From an uncultured Roseburia sp. (GTDB lineage Bacteria; Bacillota; Clostridia; Lachnospirales; Lachnospiraceae): 64,000 bases of DNA. Below, in pieces: positions 28,158-36,362 of the stretch; the first letter of the stretch is position 1; each line of letters opens with the position of its first letter. The position numbers were made by a program, and so were the translations under genes. The notes beneath the pieces were generated by a model. That model saw nothing but the letters and a program-made list of their open reading frames with translations, searched no databases and was not told where the DNA came from. The DNA lies in NCBI GenBank assembly GCA_947174805.1, contig CAMWKH010000007.1, positions 10,345 to 74,344 of the forward strand, read 5' to 3'.

Positions 28158-28724
28158 TTACATTTCCCACACTTTTGGATTGGTAGTGGAAATTGCAATA
28201 GCCCCTGCTTTCAGTGCAGATAAGACATCTTCTTTCTCGGAAATCAATCCCCCTGCGATAATGGGAACTCCCAGTTTTGATGCCATAATCTTTATGATTT
28301 TTGGCATCAATCCCGGCAGGATTTCCACAATATCTGCATACTCTTTGATATGGGTGTTCAGATTGTCGATGACCTTGGAATCAATCACAAAAATACGGTA
28401 TATGGTATTTAAGGATAATTCTTTGGCACGTTTAATCTGTTCGATTCGGGTGGAAATAATTCCGTCAGCCTTTGTGTAGCAGGAGATAAAATCCACTGCC
28501 TCCACTTTTGAGCTTAAACCTGCAATTAAATCCATGTGCACCACCACGGTTTTGCCTGCCTCTTTTATCTGCTCTACGATTCCGGCGATGGTACTGACGT
28601 CCCCATACAGCACAAATACCACGCTGGTATCTCCGGAACCTAAGCATTTTTCCAATCCCTTTTCATCTTTAATGGCCGCTATGATGGGATTGTTTGTAAC
28701 CGCATCGTAAAATGCCTGTTTCAT
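28158..28724 (-). CDS. glpP: Glycerol-3-phosphate-responsive antiterminator
   Basis: NPIIAAI, VHMDLIAGL, DGIISTR, EILPGLMPK, IIAGGLI, AISTT. Confidence 0.95.
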   Translation of the reverse strand: MKQAFYDAVTNNPIIAAIKDEKGLEKCLGSGDTSVVFVLYGDVSTIAGIVEQIKEAGKTVVVHMDLIAGLSSKVEAVDFISCYTKADGIISTRIEQIKRAKELSLNTIYRIFVIDSKVIDNLNTHIKEYADIVEILPGLMPKIIKIMASKLGVPIIAGGLISEKEDVLSALKAGAIAISTTNPKVWEM

Positions 28725-28912
28725 TCAAATCTCCTTTCTAAGTTTTTGCGCTGTAAACTGCGCGTCCAGATATACCCAGATGGTATTTCTGTATATTTTA
28801 CGGGACAATCCACTGTATAAGAACCTTCTCCTGTAAATTTCTTATAGATCAACCCTTTGCTGAAGCAGTAAAAATTGTGGCAGGGCATGTATTCATTGTC
28901 CCTATGGGGTAT

Positions 28913-29048
28913 AAAAAAAGAGCATGACTATAAAATAACATTTCTGTTATGTATATAACCATCTCTTTTTCTCTAGGTCACATATAAATCAATGTCTCTG
29001 CACATTATTTTATGTGCTTATTATACCTTCTTTCGACAAAAATTGCAA
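28913..29048 (-). promoter_or_regulatory. glpP promoter followed by a GlpP-type leader terminator
   Basis: Minus strand TTGCAA (29048-43)-17-TATAAT (29025-20); leader AGAGAAAAAGAGATGG...ATAACA-GAAA-TGTTAT...CATGCTCTTTTTTT (28977-28913). Confidence 0.75.
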
Positions 29049-29071
29049 TGACCATTTTTATATAAGTTTTT

Positions 29072-30412
29072 TTATTTGTTGCTTCTGCGCCAGATTTTCA
29101 TTTTTTCTGCTTCGCTGATGAGTTCATCCCTGAAATCCGGGTGTGCAATGGAAATCAGTGCCTCTGCCCGCTGCCATGCAGATAAACCTTTTAAATTTAC
29201 TTTACCATATTCTGTTACCACGTAGTGTACATTTGCACGGGTGTCGGTTACGATGGAGCCCGGATTTAATGTGGGTAATATACGTGATTTTAAAGTGCCG
29301 TCCTTTGTCTTAAAGGTGGAGGAGCAGCAGATAAAGCTCTTTCCGCCATTGGAGAGGTAAGCGCCAAGTACAAAATCAAGCTGTCCGCCTGCGCCGCTGA
29401 TATGTTTTACCCCTGCAGATTCTGCGTTTATCTGACCGAACAAATCTAAATCCACAGCGTTGTTGATGGAGATAAAATTGTCCAGGGAGCTGACGGAGCG
29501 GATATCGTTGGTATAGCTTACAGGAGCGCTTAACATTTCAGGGTTGTTATCCAGATAGTCGTACATTTTCTTTGTCCCGCATCCAAAACCGAAGGTCTGG
29601 CGGAAACGGTCAATGTTCTTTTTGGAACCGTTGATTTTTCCGGCTTTCGCAATGTCAACAAAGGCGTCAACATACATTTCCGTATGTACCCCTAAGTCTT
29701 TTAAGTCGGATTCTGCAATCATGGAGCCTACGGTGTTGGGCATGCCGCCGATGCCAAGCTGTAAGCAGGCGCCGTTTGGAATCTCTTCCACAATTAATTT
29801 TGCCACTGCAATGTCTACATCAGTAGGAGCTCCCCCTGCACCAAGCTCACCGATTGCCGGATTTTCTCCCTCAACGATATAATCCACCTGGGAGATGTGG
29901 ATGCCGTTTTCAAAACCGCCTAAACACCGGGGCATGTTTTCATTTACTTCCACAATAATTTTCTTGGATGTCTCGCAGACAGCCATTAAGTGGGAAGCAT
30001 TCGGTCCAAAGTTAAAGTAACCGTGTTTGTCCATAGGCGTAACCTGGAACATTGCCACGTCATTTTTTGTGGCGGATTCCCTGTAATACCGGGGAAGTTC
30101 GGAGTAGCGGATGGGAGCGTAATATGCGCATCCACGGTTGATGTATTTTCTCTCAAGTCCCGACATGTGCCAGGAGTTCCAGGTAAAGTGTTCCCCTGCA
30201 TCTTCCCGTTCAAACACTGCCAGAGGTTTTAAGAGAATTCCACCCCGGAGATTGATATCTTTCAGTTCGTCGGTTCTTTTGGCAAGAGCTTTGTCCAGGG
30301 CGTCAGCTGTGCCGTTGCACCATCCGTAATCCACCCAGTCGCCGGATTTAATAATTTTCACCGCTTCGTCGGCAGTTGTGAGTTTCTGTTCGTATTCTTT
30401 TGCAAAATCCAT
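29072..30412 (-). CDS. but: Butyryl-CoA:acetate CoA-transferase
   Basis: [55 protein letters not shown]; closely resembles the Lachnospiraceae enzyme as I recall it. Confidence 0.88.
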   Translation of the reverse strand: MDFAKEYEQKLTTADEAVKIIKSGDWVDYGWCNGTADALDKALAKRTDELKDINLRGGILLKPLAVFEREDAGEHFTWNSWHMSGLERKYINRGCAYYAPIRYSELPRYYRESATKNDVAMFQVTPMDKHGYFNFGPNASHLMAVCETSKKIIVEVNENMPRCLGGFENGIHISQVDYIVEGENPAIGELGAGGAPTDVDIAVAKLIVEEIPNGACLQLGIGGMPNTVGSMIAESDLKDLGVHTEMYVDAFVDIAKAGKINGSKKNIDRFRQTFGFGCGTKKMYDYLDNNPEMLSAPVSYTNDIRSVSSLDNFISINNAVDLDLFGQINAESAGVKHISGAGGQLDFVLGAYLSNGGKSFICCSSTFKTKDGTLKSRILPTLNPGSIVTDTRANVHYVVTEYGKVNLKGLSAWQRAEALISIAHPDFRDELISEAEKMKIWRRSNK

Positions 30413-30432
30413 GAAAAAACCTCCTATCAACT

Positions 30433-30480
30433 TTGTTAAAAATTTAACTTTATAGTACCACTTTACAGGGGAAAATACAA
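30433..30480 (-). promoter_or_regulatory. but promoter with a Rex-like operator over the transcription start
   Basis: Minus strand TTGTAT (30480-75)-17-TACTAT (30457-52) with TG extension; TTGTTAA-AAAT-TTAACTT at 30433-30450. Confidence 0.7.
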
Positions 30481-30628
30481 GGGTTCCGGGGGAAAGGGCC
30501 GGTAAAAATTCTTGATTTTATCAGAGTATTAAAATTCACAAAAATTTTATTAGTAATTTTATGAAAAAAGTATTATAATGATTATTACGGTTACTGGTCC
30601 GAAAGACTTTAGATGAGAGGTTAGATGT

Positions 30629-31132
30629 ATGTACGATTTTCAAAATACGGTGTTGCTCTCCGCAAGACCTACAAAAGGAACTTTTATTATGCGCAATGTG
30701 GCCCTGCTCTTAGTGGCAGTCACCCTGCTGGGATGTGTGTGGATTAACTTGTTTTCCTTTGCCCCCCTGTTTATTGCCGCTATGGCGTTTTGGTGGTGGG
30801 CTGCATTCCGCACCGGACTGGAGTATGAGTACACTTATTTTGACGGGGATTTGGATTTTGATAAAATCCGGGCTAAGAGCAAGCGCAAGCACATTTTAAG
30901 CATTCATTTGGACAATGTAACTTCCATTGTTCCCGCAGACGACCCTTCCCTTTACAGTGTGCATCAGAATTCCGGGGCAAAGATTGTGGATGTAAGCAGC
31001 CGCAAGCCGAATCGGAAGGTGTATGAGATTGTCCACCAGGATGCAGGGGTGACTACCTGTATACGCTTTGAGCCGGACGAAAAATTTTTGGATTCCATTT
31101 CTATAAAATATGGAAGGAAGATTACAAGGTAA
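30629..31132 (+). CDS. Conserved hypothetical membrane protein (DUF6106-like)
   Basis: Two TM helices then EYEYTYFDGDLDFDKI...KRK. Confidence 0.75.
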   Translation: MYDFQNTVLLSARPTKGTFIMRNVALLLVAVTLLGCVWINLFSFAPLFIAAMAFWWWAAFRTGLEYEYTYFDGDLDFDKIRAKSKRKHILSIHLDNVTSIVPADDPSLYSVHQNSGAKIVDVSSRKPNRKVYEIVHQDAGVTTCIRFEPDEKFLDSISIKYGRKITR

Positions 31133-31177
31133 TTGAAAGCCAGACGGTGAGTCTGGCTTTTTGTGTACAGGGATGAA

Positions 31178-32344
31178 TCAGAAAATTAAATGGTCAGTAA
31201 TGGAAAGGAACTCTTCCCCCCGTTTTTGCCAGGTGTGTTCCGCCTTTGCTTTTCTGTATCCATTTTCTGTAATGTCGATTCTCTTTTTATCATTTAGGAG
31301 CAGGTTTCCCACTGTCTCACAGAGTATATCCGGTTGGTCCGTAGGAAAGAAAACCAGCTCTTTATCATCTGTAAACTGTCTCTTTAGCATAGAGGAGGAA
31401 TCCGTTAAACAGAGGCTCTTGTTTAACATGGCAGAATAAATCCTGTCGTGGGCTCCGGCTTTAAACTCCGGCATAAGATTCAGCGTGATTTTTGCCTGGC
31501 GGAAATAGGAAAAGGTATCCTGGAAGTCCATGTCGTCTGTGATGGACACATTAGAATAATCTGCCAGGGGGGACTTGCGCCAGCCGTTGCCGCAGACCGT
31601 CATGGATATCCCGGACTTTGCCAGGGCAGTGAGCGTCTCCTCCCTGCGCCAAGCCCGGAGATAGGAGTCTGCCAGAAAACATGCCTGCATGTGCAGAGGA
31701 AACAATTCCTCCACAATTTCGTCCAATTCCGGCAGCATGGCCCTCAGGGCGGCTTCCTGGGTGAGACCGGCATCCCTTTTCATGTCTTCTATTAGCTTTT
31801 TCGTAATCTTCCCCATAAACCCCGGAATGTTTTCAATGGAAGCTGCCACTTCCTCAGGTGGGGTGTAGGAGCCGGAGAAGAGCAGGTCTATGTTTTTGTC
31901 CGGCAGGCCGTTATGCTCCGGTGCCATATCCTCCCCTGTCATAGGGAGCACATGGACGGAGGCGATGTGGGGATAGTAAGTTTCAATATAGGTTTTGTGG
32001 TTTTCATCCAGGCAGACCACATGAAAGTCGCACAAGGGGTGTTTTAACATATCGTGGTGATACAGAGGATGGTCCAGGATAATGTCAAAAAAAGGTGCGT
32101 CAATCTGGTCCAGAAAATAGCTGTCATCCTCCATTTTCAGTTTGGGCAGGTTGGAGTTGAAATCTACCATGGCATCAAAGTGCTGTCCCACAAAGCGTTC
32201 CATTGCCTCCAATGGCTCTCTCTCCCCGGAAAATATGGTAATGCTGCAGGACTTGTCCTGAAGCGCTTTTGCCAGGGCCCCGGAGAAATAATTGTAGGAA
32301 TTGTAACAGACATTCCTCAGCTGAAAGAATAAAAAGTGTTTCAT
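31178..32344 (-). CDS. Glycosyltransferase-like protein (CgeB/DUF3880-related)
   Basis: C-terminal AKITLNLMPEFKAGAHDRIYSAMLNKSLCLTD...GYRKAKAEHTW; ATG 32344 has RBS GGAGG. Confidence 0.75.
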   Translation of the reverse strand: MKHFLFFQLRNVCYNSYNYFSGALAKALQDKSCSITIFSGEREPLEAMERFVGQHFDAMVDFNSNLPKLKMEDDSYFLDQIDAPFFDIILDHPLYHHDMLKHPLCDFHVVCLDENHKTYIETYYPHIASVHVLPMTGEDMAPEHNGLPDKNIDLLFSGSYTPPEEVAASIENIPGFMGKITKKLIEDMKRDAGLTQEAALRAMLPELDEIVEELFPLHMQACFLADSYLRAWRREETLTALAKSGISMTVCGNGWRKSPLADYSNVSITDDMDFQDTFSYFRQAKITLNLMPEFKAGAHDRIYSAMLNKSLCLTDSSSMLKRQFTDDKELVFFPTDQPDILCETVGNLLLNDKKRIDITENGYRKAKAEHTWQKRGEEFLSITDHLIF

Positions 32345-32369
32345 AAGCCCTCCGTAAATCTTTGTGATG

Positions 32370-32807
32370 TTATATGCAATATTCGTTTGATTTGGGCTGT
32401 CTGTCCAAAACATCCTGCAGGGTGATGCCGTTTAAGTAATCCAGCATGGCCTGATACAGCCCTTCGTAGATGGGAAGGGTAAGGCAGCCGTCACAGTTTT
32501 CACACAGGTTGGGGACATTGTCCATACAGCTCACAGGGGCCAGGCTTCCCTCGGCGCTTTCCAGTATCTCCCGGACGGTAATCTGGGAAGGAGGTTTTGC
32601 CAGCTGATATCCTCCCGTGTGGCCTTTGTTGGAGTAAAGCAGGCTGCTTCTGTTTAGGAATGGAATAATTTGTTCCAAATATTTTTTGGAGATATTTTCA
32701 CGGGCGGAAATGTCTTTTAGAGAGACAAAGCCTTCATTATAATGTTTTGCCAAATCAATCATCATACGGAATGCATACCGTCCACGGGTGGAAATTTTCA
32801 CGGTCAC
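32370..32807 (-). CDS. Rrf2 family regulator (IscR/CymR-like) with C-terminal Cys residues
   Basis: KISTRGRYA, ISKKYLEQII, GHTGGYQLAK, PVSC...CENCDGC. Confidence 0.93.
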   Translation of the reverse strand: MTVKISTRGRYAFRMMIDLAKHYNEGFVSLKDISARENISKKYLEQIIPFLNRSSLLYSNKGHTGGYQLAKPPSQITVREILESAEGSLAPVSCMDNVPNLCENCDGCLTLPIYEGLYQAMLDYLNGITLQDVLDRQPKSNEYCI

Positions 32808-32970
32808 AGTCTCCTTTTACATTTTATATAGTACTTATGATACCATAGAAAAGCCGGGGAAACAAGCTTTGCCGGGGCGTGATTTTTCGGTTGCCGTTTT
32901 TACATTCCGGTAGTATAATAGAAAAGTAATTTTACCAAAATATGAATTAGGCTAAATACAGGAGGCTGCC

Positions 32971-33693
32971 ATGTTAGAGTTGCGGGACATTTCCTATGAG
33001 GTGGACGACGGCGAACACCGTGAGATACTAAAAAATATAAATTTAAAGATAGATGACCATTTTGTAGCGGTTACAGGGCCAAACGGCGGGGGAAAATCTA
33101 CCCTGGCCAAGATAATCGCTGGGATTATCACCCCGGCATCCGGCCAGATTTTTCTGGACGGCACAGACATTACCGGGATGAATATTACAGAGAGGGCTAA
33201 GGCAGGTATCAGCTATGCGTTTCAGCAGCCGGTACATTTTAAAGGCCTTACCGTAAAAGATTTAATCACTTTAGCTGCGGGGCGTCCCATGAAGATTTCG
33301 GAAATCTGCGATATTTTATCGGAGGTGGGCCTTTGCGCCAGGGAATATATTGACAGGGAGATTAACAACAGCCTTTCCGGAGGAGAGTTAAAGCGGATTG
33401 AGATTGCCATGGTAACCGCCAGAGGGACAAAGCTTTCCATCTTTGACGAGCCGGAGGCGGGAATTGATCTGTGGAGTTTTAACAGTTTAATCCATGTTTT
33501 TGAGAGAATGCACCAGGAGATTAACGGCATGATTTTGATTATCTCCCATCAGGAGAGAATTTTAAATGTGGCGGATAAGATTGTGCTGGTAAACGATGGG
33601 GAAGTCTCCGCGGTGGGAACGAAGGACGAAATTCTTCCCATGCTGTTAAATGCGGAGGGGAGCTGTAAGACATTGATGGATAAGACAAAATAG
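32971..33693 (+). CDS. sufC: Fe-S assembly ABC ATPase (SufC/SmsC-like)
   Basis: GPNGGGKST, LSGGELKRIEIA, DEPEAGIDL; promoter TTGCCG-17-TATAAT at 32891-32919. Confidence 0.88.
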   Translation: MLELRDISYEVDDGEHREILKNINLKIDDHFVAVTGPNGGGKSTLAKIIAGIITPASGQIFLDGTDITGMNITERAKAGISYAFQQPVHFKGLTVKDLITLAAGRPMKISEICDILSEVGLCAREYIDREINNSLSGGELKRIEIAMVTARGTKLSIFDEPEAGIDLWSFNSLIHVFERMHQEINGMILIISHQERILNVADKIVLVNDGEVSAVGTKDEILPMLLNAEGSCKTLMDKTK

Positions 33694-33702
33694 GGGGATA
33701 CT

Positions 33703-34620
33703 ATGGACAAAATTCAAAAAAATCTTTTAGAGCAGGTGGCGGACCTGCATGAGGTGCCTGCCGGGGCATATAATATCCGGGCCAACGGGCAGATGGCAGG
33801 AAGAAACAGCACGGCAAATATAGAGATTGTCACGAAAGAGGACAGACAGGGGATTGACATTGTGATTAAGCCCGGGACAAAAAATGAGAGCGTCCATATT
33901 CCTGTTATTTTAAGCGAGAGCGGGCATCAGGAGATGGTGTACAATGATTTTTATATCGGTGAGGACTGTGATGTCACCATTATTGCCGGGTGCGGAATCC
34001 ACAACTGCGGCGTGGACACATCAAAACATGAGGGAATCCATACCTTTTATGTGAAAAAGAACGCCAAAGTCCGCTATGTGGAAAAGCATTACGGTGAGGG
34101 GGACGGCAGCGGGGAAAATATTATGAACCCGGTCACAGAGGTGCATTTGGAGGAAAATGCTTATCTGGAAATGGAGACGACTCAGATAAAAGGCATTGAT
34201 TCCACCAACCGCGTCACAAGAGGCACCTTGAAAGAGGGAGCAAGACTCGAGGTAAAGGAAAAAATTATGACCCACGGAAAGCAGTATGCCAGGACGGAGT
34301 TTGAAGTGGATTTAAACGGGGAAAATTGCAGTGCCAATGTGATCTCCAGGTCTGTGGCAAGGGATACCTCCAAACAGGAGTTTTTTTCCCGGATAAACGG
34401 AAACGCAGCCTGTGCCGGGCACAGTGAATGCGACGCCATTATTATGGACAAGTCCTGTGTCACTGCCAGCCCTCAGCTCACGGCGAATCATGTGGATGCC
34501 AGTTTGATTCATGAGGCGGCCATAGGAAAAATTGCAGGGGAGCAGCTGATAAAGCTTATGACTCTGGGGCTAACCGAGGCGGAGGCAGAACAGCAGATTA
34601 TCAGTGGATTTTTGAAATAA
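33703..34620 (+). CDS. sufB: Fe-S scaffold (SufB/SufD family, SmsB-like)
   Basis: Beta-helix repeats, AGCGIHNC, GHSECDAII, LIHEAAIGKIAGEQLIKLMTLGL. Confidence 0.88.
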   Translation: MDKIQKNLLEQVADLHEVPAGAYNIRANGQMAGRNSTANIEIVTKEDRQGIDIVIKPGTKNESVHIPVILSESGHQEMVYNDFYIGEDCDVTIIAGCGIHNCGVDTSKHEGIHTFYVKKNAKVRYVEKHYGEGDGSGENIMNPVTEVHLEENAYLEMETTQIKGIDSTNRVTRGTLKEGARLEVKEKIMTHGKQYARTEFEVDLNGENCSANVISRSVARDTSKQEFFSRINGNAACAGHSECDAIIMDKSCVTASPQLTANHVDASLIHEAAIGKIAGEQLIKLMTLGLTEAEAEQQIISGFLK

Positions 34621-34623
34621 AAA

Positions 34624-34653
34624 AATGAGAAACACCAGAAAGTGTTTCTCATT
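34624..34653. terminator. Bidirectional terminator
   Basis: AATGAGAAACAC...GTGTTTCTCATT with flanking A/T tracts. Confidence 0.8.
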
Positions 34654-34655
34654 CT

Positions 34656-35078
34656 TTATTTTTTTTCTTTATCGGACAGTGTATGGAAACGGTCATCCTT
34701 ATCCTTGAGGGCATATGTAGTGGCGCCAGACATTTTTGATTTTCTCTGGCACTGGGAACATATAGAGCCAAAATGGATAGGGGCACCGCATTTTACACAG
34801 TGCATGGCCTCAATGATTGGTTTGCTGGCCAATTCCTTGTACTCGATTCTTCCATCCCGAATCCAGCTTTTTACTTTGCTGAGGGGAATTCTGAATTCTT
34901 CCGCCACCATATATTCGGTTACGTCATTGGCCCGGATGTATTCCTTTACCCGGGAAAAAAGGTCGCGCTCTTTGCAACGAGGGCAGATGTCTTCTGTGTA
35001 GTCTTTCGGCAGGGGACGTCGGCAGTCTTTGCATTCTCTGGGTGCGTCAAAAAGATAATGTTTACCAGAAGCGGGCAT
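34656..35078 (-). CDS. YvyF-like flagellar-operon-associated zinc-finger/HTH protein
   Basis: CKDC...CPRC, FSRVKEYIR, WIRDGRIE, CVKCG...CSQC. Confidence 0.75.
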   Translation of the reverse strand: MPASGKHYLFDAPRECKDCRRPLPKDYTEDICPRCKERDLFSRVKEYIRANDVTEYMVAEEFRIPLSKVKSWIRDGRIEYKELASKPIIEAMHCVKCGAPIHFGSICSQCQRKSKMSGATTYALKDKDDRFHTLSDKEKK

Positions 35079-35180
35079 TTCATGAAGCCTCCTTTACAAA
35101 TAGTATTTGCGGCTTTTACAGTCACTTGATGTCATTTCCGACAATTATTATACCATATAATTTGCAGAAAGGGAACAAAT

Positions 35181-36362
35181 ATGAAATTTTTTCATATATC
35201 GGATCTTCATATAGGAAAACAGCTTCATCATTACAGCCTGAAGGAAGAACAAGAACATATACTGAACACTATAATAGATTTGGCTAAAAGAGAAGGGCCG
35301 GACGCCGTGCTTATGGCAGGGGATATCTACGATTCCGGTGTTCCCTCCGCCGAGGCGGTAGGGCTTTTCGATTCTTTTCTTACCAGGCTGTCCCGCACTA
35401 TGCCAGAGATGTGGATTTTGGTGATTGCAGGAAATCATGACAGCGGAAAACGGATTTCCTTCGCCAGTGATATTCTGGCAAAGCATAGGATTTGTATCGC
35501 AGGGCTACCCCCCATGGAGGAGGGAGAGTTTCTGAAAAAAGTGGTTTTGGAGGATGCATGGGGCAGGGTGAATTTTTATCTCTTGCCTTTTACCAAGCCT
35601 TCCCACCTTAGAAAATTCAAAAAGGAACCCTTTTCTTCCTACCAGGAGGCGGTGGAATTTTTGCTGGAAAGGGAACAGGTAGAGAGAGAGGAGAGAAATG
35701 TGATTCTCTCCCATCAGTTTTACACTTCATCCGGGAGAAAACCGGAGCAGAGTGATTCGGAGACAATTTCTGTGGGAGGTATTGAGCAAGTGGATATCTC
35801 TCTTCTGAAAGATTTTGACTATGGGGCATTGGGGCATATTCACAAGCCCCAGAATATAGGGGGGCATGTCCGTTACTGCGGGACGCCTCTGGCCTATTCT
35901 GTCAGTGAAGCAGAGCAGGCAAAAACTGTTACAATGGTAACTTTGGAGGGGAAGGGGGAAGAACCTGACATACGGGAACTGCCCTTGATGCCCCTGCGCA
36001 GGGTGAGGAAGCTGAAAGGGAGACTCCACGAGATACTTGAAATGGCACAGGGGAGCATAGTGGAGGATTATGTGAGTATCACTTTAACAGATGAGATAGA
36101 AGCCTATGAGCCCATGGAACAGTTAAAAGAAATATACCACAGAATTCTGGAGCTGGGGGTGGACAATAAGCGCACCAGAGAAGTGACGGATATTTTCTTG
36201 GAGGAAGTGGAAGATATGAATCCTCTTACGGCTTTTTTGGGATTTTTCAGGGAGATGAGAGGCAGGGATATGACAGAGGGGGAGAGGGCTTTGACGGAGA
36301 AAGTGGTTTTGAGATGTACAGAGGAATCCGGGGAGGGAGAATATGAAACCGATTTATATTGA
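35181..36362 (+). CDS. sbcD: Exonuclease SbcD
   Basis: HISDLHIGK, AGDIYD, AGNHDS, ALGHIH, YCGTPLAYSVSE. Confidence 0.95.
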   Translation: MKFFHISDLHIGKQLHHYSLKEEQEHILNTIIDLAKREGPDAVLMAGDIYDSGVPSAEAVGLFDSFLTRLSRTMPEMWILVIAGNHDSGKRISFASDILAKHRICIAGLPPMEEGEFLKKVVLEDAWGRVNFYLLPFTKPSHLRKFKKEPFSSYQEAVEFLLEREQVEREERNVILSHQFYTSSGRKPEQSDSETISVGGIEQVDISLLKDFDYGALGHIHKPQNIGGHVRYCGTPLAYSVSEAEQAKTVTMVTLEGKGEEPDIRELPLMPLRRVRKLKGRLHEILEMAQGSIVEDYVSITLTDEIEAYEPMEQLKEIYHRILELGVDNKRTREVTDIFLEEVEDMNPLTAFLGFFREMRGRDMTEGERALTEKVVLRCTEESGEGEYETDLY

